DNA of 64,000 nt from Octopus vulgaris (lineage: Eukaryota). The notes under the pieces are model-generated. The model was not told the origin of the DNA and searched no databases. It saw only the letters and a list, made by a program, of their open reading frames with translations. The stretch covers positions 34,658,001-34,722,000 of the forward strand of contig OX597839.1 of NCBI GenBank assembly GCA_951406725.2, written 5' to 3'. Position 1 is the stretch's first letter. Each line of letters begins with the position of its first letter. The position numbers were made by a program, and so were the translations under genes. Of this stretch, positions 50,873-63,685 are shown in pieces.

Positions 50873-51544
50873 GGTCAGGCCAGGTCTCCAATTCGAGGAT
50901 ACGCCCCACACTCCCTCCCTCCTCTCTCGTCTCCGCAGCCATGATTTTCCCCCCAAACAAAAAATATATCCGGATCTTGTTAAATTTCTTCCAACCACTT
51001 CAAGTGTTTCAAAGTGTTACTAGATTATTTTCAAAAAAATCTAATCGCATTCATTTTTTTGTAACGTAAATTTGAAAAAAAAATCTGGCGAAAACTTGAA
51101 ATACTGGAAAAAATTCAACAAAATCCAAATATTTAAAAAGAAGAAAAAAAAACGAAAAACATTCGGCAACTTTACCAAAAAAAAAAGTATCTTTTATCTC
51201 TTACTCGCTTCAGTCACTGGAGTGCGGCCAAGCTGGAGCGACGCCTTGAAAGGTTCAGCCAAACAAATCGTACTTTTTTATTTCTAAGTTTGGTACTTTA
51301 TCGGAATTTTTGGTGCTGTTAGACATGAACAAACCAACGTCGGTTGTCACGCGGTGGTGGGACTAACACAAACACACGCCTAGTTTCGTGGGAGTTCCCA
51401 CCCCTCCCTTTTTAAACTTAGGATATGAAACTAATTTCTGTCTTTTCAACTTTTCTTCTGATGAAGGAAAGACTATCCAAAACGTCTGATTTTCCACTCC
51501 TGAACAGCAAGGAGTATATAACTCTCCGTCTTCCCTTTTCCTAT

Positions 51545-51579
51545 GTTTCTGACGAAGAGCTCCGCTCGAAACGTCAAAT
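51545..51579 (+). ncRNA. Minimal type I hammerhead ribozyme motif in a Penelope-like terminus
   Basis: gttt-CTGACGA-a-gagc tcc gctc-GAAA-c-GTC-aaat. A second, degenerate copy lies 91 nt upstream (51458-51486). Confidence 0.6.
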
Positions 51580-51860
51580 CCTCCTTCTTTCTTTCCTTTC
51601 CTGGGCGTCTAATAACACTATACTTGTCCCACGTCCTCGCGTTGTTGTGTTTTCATGTTTGGATTAACTATATATATATAACAAACTGAGTGACTTATAT
51701 ATAATTGAACTGAGATTATGTACATCAGAAAACATATATATATAAGCCGTAACAATCTGTTGGCCTTTTATGGGTTTTATAATTATTTATATAATATTAT
51801 GCTATGTTATATTCATAGTATTTAATGTAATATAAATTATTGAATGTCAATAGAATATCT

Positions 51861-51908
<48 letters not shown>

Positions 51909-52218
51909 ATGGCCTATCGCAGTTTCCATCTACCAGATTCATTCACAAAGCATTGGGCGATCTGGGGCTTAGAAGACGGCTAAGGTGTGCCGCGCAATGG
52001 GACTGAATCCAAAACCACGTGCTTGTTTAAGCGAGTTACTTAACCATACAGCAATGCCGATAAAATATATAAATACCAACAAAAAGAAAGTATATATAAA
52101 AAAAATGAACGTGGGTCACAAACATTGCCTCCTCTATTAAAAAAAAGATTTAACAACTTTACCAAAAACGGTCTGTGTGTGTGTATATACACATACATAT
52201 AAATATACATACATACAC

Positions 52219-52390
52219 ACGAGGGGCTGCTGAAAAGGTCCTGGCGTTGAGTGAAAGAAACTAGAGAATCAGTTACGATTTTAATCAACGTATTCCCCTC
52301 TCAGATTCACATCGTTATTGCAGCGGTCCTCCAACGAGGCCTTTCTGTGATATCCTTAAAACCAGGGACTTTTCAGCCCCACCCCGTGTA
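52219..52390. mobile_element. Mariner-like MITE
   Basis: Imperfect TIRs cgaggggctgctgaaaaggtcctgg / ccagggacttttcagccccaccccg. Confidence 0.55.
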
Positions 52391-53070
52391 TGTGTGTGTG
52401 ATTCAATAGACTCTAGGCACTTGAACATTTAGGACCCCAGAAACAGCTAGGTACAATATAGGGTTCATAATGAGATAAAGCAACCATGAAGGTATCAAGT
52501 GGTGGTAAGATATTGTAGACATACGCAAGTACCAAATCCAATTTAAACCAGAGATCCAACTCAGGTGGTTCTAAGTGCAACATACGTACAAAAAAAGAAC
52601 ACAAATGGTGTATATATTACTCTTTTACACGTTTTAGTCATTTGACTGCGGCCATGCTTGAGCACCCCCTGTAGTAAAAGAAATGGACCCCGGGACTTAT
52701 TCTTTGTAAGCCCTGTACTTACTCTATCTTTCGCCGAACTAAGTTTCGGGAACATCAAGTGATGGTGAGCTTTGGTCTGTTCGAGGCTATAGCAGACGTC
52801 ACTTGCCCAAGGTGCCACGCAGTGGTATTGAACCCAGAACCATGTGGTTGGGAAGCAAGCTTCTGATCACACAGCCAACTACCAACAAAAGGTTGTTTTT
52901 TTTAATTACCAAATAAAAGGTGTGGGTCACAGGTACTGCCTTCATTGTTCACAGAAAAGTCCCACATTCAACAACTTTACAAAAATGATGTCATCATCGT
53001 TTAACGTCCGTTTTCCATGCTGGCATGGGTTGGACGGTTTGACTGGGGACTGGCAAGCCAGTAGGCTACA

Positions 53071-53116
<46 letters not shown>

Positions 53117-53457
53117 GCTTACTTTTATTAGTAGTTATAGTTAAAGGAATTTTACATTACTTGATACGTTTTTGGAGTACATGTTTATTAAAGTTTTACA
53201 AGAGGAAGGTTGACAGTAACCTCGAAGTTTCAAACTGCAAGCATTCATCCAATGAAGGCCAGCAGGCAGGAACTTTGAAGTTACCACGATTATAGGCATA
53301 CCTATTTGATATACATGCTTTGGATTGCTCCTATAATTATTGACTAAAGTTACAACCAATCGCTCTTTGACTCATCAAAAGGTAAAACCTTTATACACTG
53401 CTAGCCAGGTTCCTGCATGAAATGCTTCAGAGGTGATCACCTGGTTTTCACTTCTTC

Positions 53458-53835
53458 CTGGCTGTGTGGTAAGTAGCTTGCTTACCAACCACACGGTTCC
53501 GGGTTCAGTCACACTGCGTGGCACCTTGGGCAAGTGTCTTCTACTATAGCCTCGAGCCGACCAAAGCCTTGTGAGTGGATTTGGTAGACGGAAACTGAAA
53601 GAAGCTCGTCGTATATATATGTATATATGTACGTGTGTGTATATGTTTGTGTGTCTGTGTTTGTCCCCACCAACATTGCTTGACAACCGATGCTGGTGTG
53701 TTTACGTCCCCGTCACTTGGCGGTTCGGCAAAAGAGACCGATGGAATAAGTACTAGGCTTACAAAGAATAAGTCCTGGGGTCGATTTGCTCGACTAAAGG
53801 CGGTGCTCCAGCATGGCCGCAGTCAAATGACTGAA
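53458..53835 (+). mobile_element. SINE family A, ~140 bp into intron 1
   Basis: Matches the family consensus. Confidence 0.9.
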
Positions 53836-53971
53836 AACATAGTAAAAACAAAAGGGGAACCAAAACTTACCAAATTACCAAAAGAAAAAAAAAAGGGTGT
53901 ATATATTAAATATGCAATTATATATAGAAAGTGTGTAGAGTTGGTGTATATAAAATAAAATATATACTGAC

Positions 53972-55209
53972 CTGTTTGGATCATCAGTGAATGAAAGACT
54001 GCGAATCCGCTCCTCAAAATGTTCGGAAAAATGTTCCACGAATCTTAATGCGTAATCCATGGGGTTTTTAGGACAATGTACAATAACATCTCCAAGGATA
54101 ATCCACCCGCTTTGTGGCGAGTACTGTTGATGATGATGATGCTGCTGCTGCTGCTGTTGCTGTTGGTGATGGTGTTGTTGGGGAGGAGGAGGTGGTGGTG
54201 GTGGTGGTGTTGGTTGTGGTTGTGTCTGTTGTGGTTGTAGTAGTTGTTGTTGTTGTTGTGGTGGTGGTGGCGGCGGCGGCGGTGGTGGTGGTGGTTGTGG
54301 CTGTTGTTGTTGTTGTTGCTGTGGTAGTGGTAGTTGTTGATACTGTTGGTTTTGTTGCAAGTTCTGCTGTAAGGACAGCTGTTGCGGCTGTTGCTGTGAT
54401 GAGGATGACGAGGAATTTGACAAGGGCAAGGGCAAGGGCGACGATGAGGTGGACAGGGACGAAGAGGACAGTAACAAAGAGGCGGACAACTGCTGCTGCT
54501 GTAGCTGTTGGTGGTGCTGCTGTAGTTGCTGCTGCAGTTGCTGTTGGAGCTGCAGCTGCTGCTGTAACTGGTGCTGCGGGTTTTGCAGCCCTTGCGTGAC
54601 CTGAGGGTGACCCGGAGCGGGGGTCGGCGCAGCGGCCGCGGCGGAAGAGGACGAGGCGAGCGACGACGTCGACGAGAAGAACGTCGTGTTGATGATGTTC
54701 GTGTTGCTGGTGTTGATGATGTTGGTGCAGTTCGGATTGATGATGTTCGTACAGCTGGCGTTGATGATGTTCGTGTTGCTCGGGTTCACGATGTTCGTAC
54801 AGCTGCTGCTCTGCGTGGCCGTCGGCACGTGGCTGACCGTCACCGAGTTGGTGGTGGCCGTGGCCGTGGCGGTCGTCGTGGTGGTCGTCGTGGTGGTCGT
54901 GGTCGACGTGCACGCCGCCGACTGCACGGCGGTGGCGGCGGCCGACGGCGTCCGGCCCGCGCCCATCACCGAAGACGTCGAAGAGGAAGGGGTGGCCGAC
55001 GAGCCGAGGAGGCCGCCGCCGCATCCACCCGTGCTTATAAGATACTCGAGGAAGTCCTGGAAGAAGCGATCGGCGGCCGACACGCCGCTCTGCTCGCAGA
55101 AGTCCAGCCAACAACAGGCAGAAGTGGTGCCGGGGACACCGCCGATACTGATGGTCGGCGAGGTCTGCATTTGTCTGGCGCTGTTGCGACTGTCATTCGA
55201 GGTGGCCAT
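53972..55209 (-). CDS. SH2B: First coding exon of an SH2B-family adaptor (SH2B1/2/3, Drosophila Lnk-like), with an N-terminal Phe-zipper dimerisation domain split by a long poly-Q/P/T/S insertion
   Basis: ATG in caaATGG context at 55209. CWLDFCEQSGVSAADRFFQDFLEYL and MDYALRFVEHFSEHFEERIR match the two Phe-zipper helices of SH2B1 as I recall them ([25 protein letters not shown] / FSRRFAELFLQHFEAEV). The frame is open for 1238 nt with GC-rich codon usage. A donor CAG|GTCAGT follows 53972 (phase 2), after which the ORF track runs on into AT-rich intron. Confidence 0.8.
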
Positions 55210-55215
55210 TTGCGG
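54560..55215. promoter_or_regulatory. CpG-island-like GC-rich segment covering the 5' half of the SH2B first exon
   Basis: Very high CpG density (e.g. cgacgacgtcgacgag, gccgacggcgtccggcccgcgccc) against an AT-rich, CpG-poor background. Confidence 0.5.
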
Positions 55216-55226
55216 AAGGGGGGTTC

Positions 55227-55263
<37 letters not shown>

Positions 55264-56916
55264 TAGTCACAGAATCAAATGTATATATACATATATATAA
55301 ATATATGAGTAAATAGACAGGTAGATAAATAAACAGAACGTATTATATGTGTTATGTATATAGATATAGATCTTAGTAAGAGATTGTCTGAAGGAAGGAG
55401 GGAGAGGAGCGAGTGAAGAATATGGAAGATGGTCTTGGAAAAATGCCTCTCTTTCTCTGTCTCTCTCACTCTCTCTCCTATATTGGCTTGACACACACAC
55501 ACGCATACACACAGACATACAACACACACACAGACATTTAGACACTCGCAGGGAGCCGCTAAGGGCACCACCACCACCAATATTAAAACTGTATTCACAC
55601 GCACAGACGGATGGAAGAGAATGAGGGGGAGGGAGGAGATGAAGAGGGTGTGTTTTGTTCGTTTGTTGTTTGTGGTTGTTGTTGTTGTTTACCGAATCGG
55701 CTAAGGGATGGTCTCTTCGGAAAAAATGAATTGAAAAAAAATCGAAGGGTTTTTCATTCGGTGAAACATAGCGGCGATTTAGATTTTGACTTAAATTAAG
55801 TATTTTAATGAACCAAAACAGCCACTCAGCACCACAATTTAAAGAGGGGGAGGTTTGTGGAGTTTTAAAAGAAAGGAAGGACGGTGGAAAATAATATAAT
55901 TAATAATAGTATTTTGAAATTTAAAAAAATAGAACTAGAAAATAAAAGGTGGAAAGAAAAAATCGTTAAAAATAAAATCTGTTTCTTTGAAATTTCTTTA
56001 TCTACCTCTGTGTGCGTGTGTGCCTTGGTTCTCTCAAGATACGAATGAATGAAAAAAGTAGAGGAGAGAGAATGAAAAAAAGACTGTTTTAAAAAAAAAA
56101 TAATAAAAGCAAGTTTGAATGAAGGAGGAAGAAAGAAAAAGGAAGAAAAATATGCTTTGCGGGATGTTTCTTTGTATATTTTTTGTCTTTCTTTCTTCGA
56201 AAAACCGCTCCTAGATCAAATCACCCACACACATCTCTTTCTTTTCTGGTTGAAAGACGGGGGTAACATCCGAAATAATGAGGTGGGGGCGGGAATTAAG
56301 AGGGGAAAAAGCAGTGGCTTGTTGACTCATAGATAAAATGAATGAATGGGTTTTACAATGCTATGTATGGCCCACCGTTTCTCCTCTCACATATTTCTGA
56401 TATCTTTCACACATATATATTATATATAGTATTATTATCATATATACATCTGTACAAACGTGTGTGTGTGTATATACGTTGTTTATCTGTTGTTTAATGT
56501 ATGAAGTACTTTATGTGTTGGGGGGTTGTTTTTTTTTCTTTCTCTACTTTAAATAATAAAAAGACGGTTAAGAAATGTGTTTATGTCTATGGTGTAAGAG
56601 AATGACTTGTGGTGTGTGTGTGGAAATGAATGACAGACAGACAACGAAAATGTCCTCTTTGTGCGTTAAATTCCAAGCAGAATAAACTTTCAAAATCAAA
56701 AATAAAGAACAATATTAATCGATATCATATATGTATGTGTGTGTGTGTGAGTGTATTTTTGTTATTTCATGTAGAGTTCTTTATAATATATATATGTGTG
56801 TGTGTGTGTATATATATATATACATGTATGTATATATAATATATTAATTATATAGTTTCCTTCCGATGATTCTTAGTGGCGGCGGCGGCGATTGTGGTGG
56901 TGGTGGTGGTATGTAA

Positions 56917-56950
<34 letters not shown>

Positions 56951-57872
56951 CATATAATGCTTTTATATTTTTCTTCTGTAAAGTAGTGTTGGTGGTGGTA
57001 CCTTTTTTTTTGGTTTCCCCAAATATATATATATTTCCGTTCGGTTTATTCTCCCAGAACTAAAATGGTACTCAATCCAATCCGTCTGCCAGTCTCAAAG
57101 AATTTGGGCATTTGTGTATCAAGACGTCGCATTTATTATTATTATTTCGGCAAGATCTAAAATAGAAAGAAGAAAAAAAAAGTATATAAGAATAAGCACT
57201 AGTCATGTATATGTTTTCTGAACACACTCGACATAAAGCACAGATGTTGGCTGTGGCAAAGAACCACGCGATTTCGTGTTCACTCCCAATACTTTGGGCA
57301 AATGTCTTCTACTACACGCCTCGGGCCAATCAAGGCCTTGTAAGTGGATTTCGTGGACGGAAACTGGAAAAAGCCCGCCGCATGTATGTGTATATATATA
57401 TCCTTGACACTGCATCCTTTAAGGCCCTCATGCTTTCCGAAATCCGCCGAAACTACACCTGATTATATATACACTTTAGATGAGTTGTAGTGCACCTGAG
57501 CACTGTACACAATTATTATTATTATTATTATTATTAAAGATATGTGTACCATCGTGTGTTTGCCCCTTCCTACACAACTTGACAACAGGTTTTTGTGTGT
57601 GTGTGTGTGTGTATGACCCCGTAACCTAGCGGCAAAAGGGAGCCGTTAGAATAAGCACCAAAAAAGAGTGGGGGGGTCACTTCGACTAAAAAGATCTTCA
57701 AGGCGGTGTCTTTAACGTGGCTGCAGTCCAATGACTGAAACAAGTAAAAGATACATAATTATACGGTACATACATATAAACATGTGATATATATATAAAC
57801 TCTCAGAGGTGAGAACAGAAAGACAATCCAAAACAGAGAAGACGTATGTAGACTATGTGTGTACGCGCGTGC

Positions 57873-57874
<2 letters not shown>

Positions 57875-57959
<85 letters not shown>

Positions 57960-57966
57960 TAGAGAC

Positions 57967-58018
<52 letters not shown>

Positions 58019-58088
58019 CGTTAGATAGATAGATAGATAGATAGATAGATCGTTAGATAGATAGATAGATCGTTAGATAGATATATAG

Positions 58089-58136
<48 letters not shown>

Positions 58137-58230
58137 CGTTAGATAGATAGATAGATCGTTAGATAGATATATAGAGATAGATAGATAGATAGATCGTTAG
58201 ATAGATATAGATAGATAGATAGATATATAG

Positions 58231-58295
<65 letters not shown>
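57875..58295. repeat. (TA)n(GA)n(GATA)n compound microsatellite with recurrent 'cgtta' interruptions
   Basis: Seen directly. Confidence 0.95.
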
Positions 58296-59772
58296 TGTGC
58301 AGCTAAAATGTGTCAGTCATAAATGTACGAACCATATATAATTATGTAGGGCATTTATGTAAACATGTGCTTTATAAACAAGGATGTTTGTTGGAACAAA
58401 TGGGAGGAACAGAATACAATACGTAGGTAGAGTGAAGACATGCGTGTGTGCCGATCATACGTGTGTGTGTGTGTGAAGAGAGAGAGAGAGAGATAGGTGA
58501 GTAAATAATACATATATATATATATATATATATATACATACACACACACATATATATATATATACATGCAGATAGACGTATGTAGATAAATAGATATGGT
58601 GATGTGATATACATAGATGGATGGATGGATGCGGGTGTGTAGATGACTATATAGCCGCGATGTGTGTATACAATACATACATATATGGTGTGTGCGCGTG
58701 TCGCAATGTCTTGGGTTTTCTAAGACAGAATTTAACATGACCAAGCCATGTTTTTGTTTTTTTGGCCTTTTTTAAGGGGAAGCTCTAATATTTTCCCATA
58801 TACTCACACAAATCTTTTATGTAACCCTACACACACACACACACACACAAACTATAAACTGTCCTTGTGATGTCCCCCCATTCGTCTAAAGACACGCCAC
58901 CCTTTGGCAAATAAAACCATTATTATTATTAATATTATTATTATTCGGGGTCGATAAAATAAGTACCAGTCGAGCACTGGGGGGTCGATATAATCGATTA
59001 GTCCCCCTCCCTTAAAAATTCCAGGCCTTGGTGTCTATAATAAAAAAGGGTGATTAATTATCGTATATATCGGTATACACACTATACATATATATATCCT
59101 TGTACACCATACATCTGTCTATACACACATTCACATCAAATAAGGCCACAAACCTTATCTTCTAACAAACAATAAAATAGCGGTGACAGTAACGAAAGAG
59201 AGCAATGTGTTTGCGTGTGTATTTTTTTTGTCAGGTGGTCAGCAGTAGTAATAGTAGTAGTAATAAAAATAATAATAATAATAATAATAATAGTGATATT
59301 AGCAGTAATAGTGGCGAAGATGACGACGATGATGATGATGATGATGGTGGTGATAATGATATCATTTCTCCCTCCCTCTCCCCTCCTCCTCCTCGCTTTC
59401 TAGTTCTACCGACTTCCAATCAAGAACCCACCACCACGTTCAATCTATTCGATGTCCTTAACCTTTCCCCCCTTTCCAAGACCACGGTCGGTCTTGGGAA
59501 GAAGAAGAAGAAGAAAAGGGAAAGAAGAAGAAAAAGAAGTAGGGCGGAGGGAGGGGTGGGTGTTTTTTTTTTTTTTTTTTGGTTAATAATTAAATGTCTC
59601 GAGTGCGTGCAGAAGCAGTGTTGGTTCCTTCGAGGTTACAAGCCACCCTTCCTTTCTTTGGCTTTCTTTCAATTAACAATCTCCCCCCTCCTTTCTAAAA
59701 TTTGGTTTTCAAATTTTCAATTACATAAAATTTACTTCCATAAATTTTCTTTAGAAGAAACCTCTAAACACA

Positions 59773-59817
<45 letters not shown>

Positions 59818-59899
59818 GCGCGTGTGTGTGTATAGAAATGTTTTAGTGGAACCTAAACACACATTCTCTTTAGTCAGTCCTACTTACATACCTGCAGTT

Positions 59900-60005
59900 A
59901 TGTGTGAATATATATATATATATATAATACACACACGGTAATTAAAATGATGAGGGGTGTGTGTAAAACTGAAGCGTGAAGATGTATGTATAGAAAAATG
60001 TATAC

Positions 60006-60052
<47 letters not shown>

Positions 60053-60904
60053 TGTAGTATGATATAGATGCAAATAAGGAAACGTCCGGGTATATAAAGA
60101 TGTGTGTGGGCATATTCAGATATACAAATACAATTGGGTGTATACAAATATATAAATACATATGGGTAAATACAGAGAGATACAAGTGAATATATACAAA
60201 TATATATACATGTGGAGACATGGTTATGTGGGTATATTTCATATACACATACAATGTGTGGTATGTATATAGATATATAGACAAACGTGTGGTATGTACA
60301 TACGTGTGTAGACAAACGTGATCTGTACATACGTTTATACACAAACGTGTGGTATGTATATAGATATATAGACAGAGGTATGGTGAGTGTATAAATATAG
60401 ACAGACGAATGTGTGTATAGACAGATGTATGGTGTACAAGGATATATATGTATAGTGTGTATACTGATATATAGCCACATATGTGGTGTATATATAGATG
60501 TGTGTGGTGTACATAGATATATGCAAGTACAAGTGTGTATATAGGCATACGTGTGCGGTATATATATATATATATACATGTGAACGATGTACATATAAAT
60601 GTGCGTGTCGCATATATACAGTCACGTATGCGTGGTATATACAGATCTGTGTGTGTGTGTATGGTGTATAGATAAAATACAGATGTGTGATCGGTGTATG
60701 TGTGTATATATATATATATATACACACAAATATGTTTATGGTACATATACAAGAGTGTGTGTATATAGCATATGCAGATGTGTGATGTATAAATATATAT
60801 ATCGTACAGCATTTTAAAATATAATTACATATACATACATATAGGTAGAGAGACAGACAAAATAGCAATGTGCGCGCGTGTAATATATATGTGTTTAATT
60901 ACTA

Positions 60905-60945
<41 letters not shown>
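59900..60945. repeat. Degenerate alternating purine-pyrimidine (TA/TG/CA) low-complexity region
   Basis: Seen directly. Confidence 0.8.
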
Positions 60946-60947
<2 letters not shown>

Positions 60948-61669
60948 CGCAACATGGCAATTTTTCATGTTTTCCACTGTCAATAATTAAAAACTAAGTC
61001 AATGCTTACTTACTATGAAGACATGTAGACTGTTCCAGATGAAAAAAAAAGGCTGGTGGTGGTCTTGTTATTGCAGAAGCATTTAGTGGTGGTGCTTCTT
61101 TCACATGAGATCTCCACATTAGAACAATTAAAGTGTACAGTTAATAATATATACTAATAACACTGTAGTGATATAATATAATAAAGTAGAGAACCACACA
61201 CACACGTATATATAATTATATATAGATATATTAAAGCAGTTATAGAACAGTTGCTGTGGTTGTTGTCGTGGTGTCACTTGTAGTAGTAATAGTAGCAGTA
61301 AATGTAGTAGTATTTATGTGTATATATATATATATATGTGTGTGTGTATATGCTCTGTGTGTGGGGGTATATATTGCTGATGTCAATTAAATAATATAGT
61401 ATGTGTATTTAAAATAAGGCTGGTTGACTCAACATGAGAGAGGGAGAACGAATGCTTAAAAAAAAAAAAGGAATTAATTATAGTTGTAATTATTAATTAA
61501 TATTTTTATAAAATATATATTAAATGGTTAATTTTTTTTTTTTTTTCACTGCAGTATCAGCAAAGAGTTTGAGGGGGAGTTAGTGGAGCTTAGAGAGAGA
61601 GAGAGAAACGAGTGTTTTTGCTGTAAACACATGTCTAATGTAGTAGCAGAGGGTTTGTATGAAATGAGA

Positions 61670-62150
61670 TTACGAGGGTGAGTGGAGTAGAGCGGAGCGG
61701 AGTGGAGTGAAGGCTGGTTAAGAGTGCAGCCTGGAGTTCAGTGGTAGTCGTAGTATTGGTAGAGTGGAGCTGGTGAGGAGAAGAATTCAGCCTGGAGTTG
61801 TGTGGGAGTGAAAGTAATGGTGGAGTAGGGTGGACGGGAGCGGAGTGGAGCTGGTTCAGAGTGCAGGCTGGAGTTGTCTGGCGGTGATCGTGGTGGTGAA
61901 ATGGAGTGCAGTGGAGCGGAGTAGAATAGGGTGGAGTGGAGTGGAGTTCAGCCAGATAAGAGTGCAGTATGAAGTTGTATGAGAGTGAGTGGAGCTGGTT
62001 AAGAGTGCAGGATTGAGCTATGTGGTAGTTATGGTAGTGACGGAATAGAGTACAGTGGAGCTAGTTCTGAGTGGCGAATGGAGTGAAGTGGGGCTGGTTT
62101 TCGAGTGCAGGATGGAGGTGGTGGTGGTGGTAATGGTGGAGGGGAGCTGG
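61670..62150. repeat. Degenerate (GGAGT)-based tandem repeat with recurring gagctggt..agagtgcag.ctggagtt motif
   Basis: The motif recurs about 6 times. Confidence 0.6.
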
Positions 62151-62336
62151 CGAAGAGACGAAGAGAGATTAGGAAAAGTTAGAGTAAGGATGGAGAGGAA
62201 ATTTAAAGAATACAAGAGAAGGATAGAGATTGTTCTTATTATTAAGTAATGGTAAGAAATAAGCGAGTATTAGGGGCAGGGAAATCTCATGGAAGGGAGT
62301 TCAAATGACAACACCTAGATAGATACATACATGCAT

Positions 62337-62339
<3 letters not shown>

Positions 62340-62386
<47 letters not shown>

Positions 62387-62451
62387 AATGCACACATACA
62401 TACACAGACGGGCGGACAGACAACCAGACGGACAGACAGGCAGTCACAGAC

Positions 62452-62482
<31 letters not shown>

Positions 62483-62534
62483 TAGACAGGCGGACAGCTA
62501 GATCTACAGAGACAGACGGATAGATAAACAGATA

Positions 62535-62599
<65 letters not shown>

Positions 62600-63293
62600 C
62601 AGGCGGACAAATAGACCTTCAGACAGACTGATAGACAAACAGATAGATAGTCACATAGACAGGCGGACAGTTAGAGAGATAATAGACAGATAGACCTACT
62701 GATAGATGGATGGATGGATGGATAGATAGGTAGATGTGAGTGGGTGTTTTGCATGCATACAACGAGTTTATTAAGTATGGGTAGAAAGAAAAAAGGAAAG
62801 GTAAATTTGACGGAGAAGAACCAGAGAGAGATGTGATGAAAGATAGCGACATATAATGAAAAATAGATAGCAACTGAAAAAGAATAGTTATATACGAAGA
62901 TATTGGTTGGGGGGGATATGAGAAAAGAAAATGTGAACTAAACGTTGAGAAACAGAGAAAATGCTGAAGAGGGGAGGCTAGACACAGCGACTGAAGATAT
63001 GAAATAGATAAAGACAAGGAAGGACAGAAAAGTGATATACAATAAAGATAGATGAAAGCTAAGCAGACAAACTTCAAAGTCACTGTCAATATTATTCTTG
63101 TTAACGAAAAATAATATATGTATACAACAAAAATTATTGAGTAATCTCTCAGTTTAATACAGATAGACAGAGAGACAGATAGATAAATAGATAGACAGGC
63201 GGACAGCTAGATCTACAGAGACAGACAGTTAGATAAACAGATAATAGATAGATAGATACACAGACAGACAGACAGACAGACAGATAGATAGAT

Positions 63294-63324
<31 letters not shown>

Positions 63325-63411
63325 CACATAGACAGGCGGACAGTTAGAGAGATAGATAGATAGATAGATAGATAGACAGAAAGATACAGACAGACAGACA
63401 GACAGACAGAC

Positions 63412-63465
<54 letters not shown>

Positions 63466-63593
63466 GTAGATAGACAGGCGGACAGCTAGATCTACAGAGA
63501 CAGACAGTTAGATAAACAGAGATAATAGATAGATAGACCTACAGATAGACAGACATGCGGACAACCAGACTTCAGACAGACTGATAGACAAAC

Positions 63594-63683
<90 letters not shown>

Positions 63684-63685
63684 AC
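62340..63685. repeat. (GATA/GACA)n arrays with a higher-order unit gacaggcggacagctagatctacagagacagac
   Basis: The unit recurs at ~62485, ~63195 and ~63475. Confidence 0.85.

Noticed and set aside
53875-53971. C-terminal tail SVYILFYIHQ... of the 444-aa ORF
   Set aside because: Lies after a strong CAG|GTCAGT donor in AT-rich sequence, so it is intron read-through.
54068-55300. Overlapping ORFs of 348, 220, 204 and 161 aa
   Set aside because: Shadow frames of the GC-rich, triplet-repeat SH2B exon; no independent homology.
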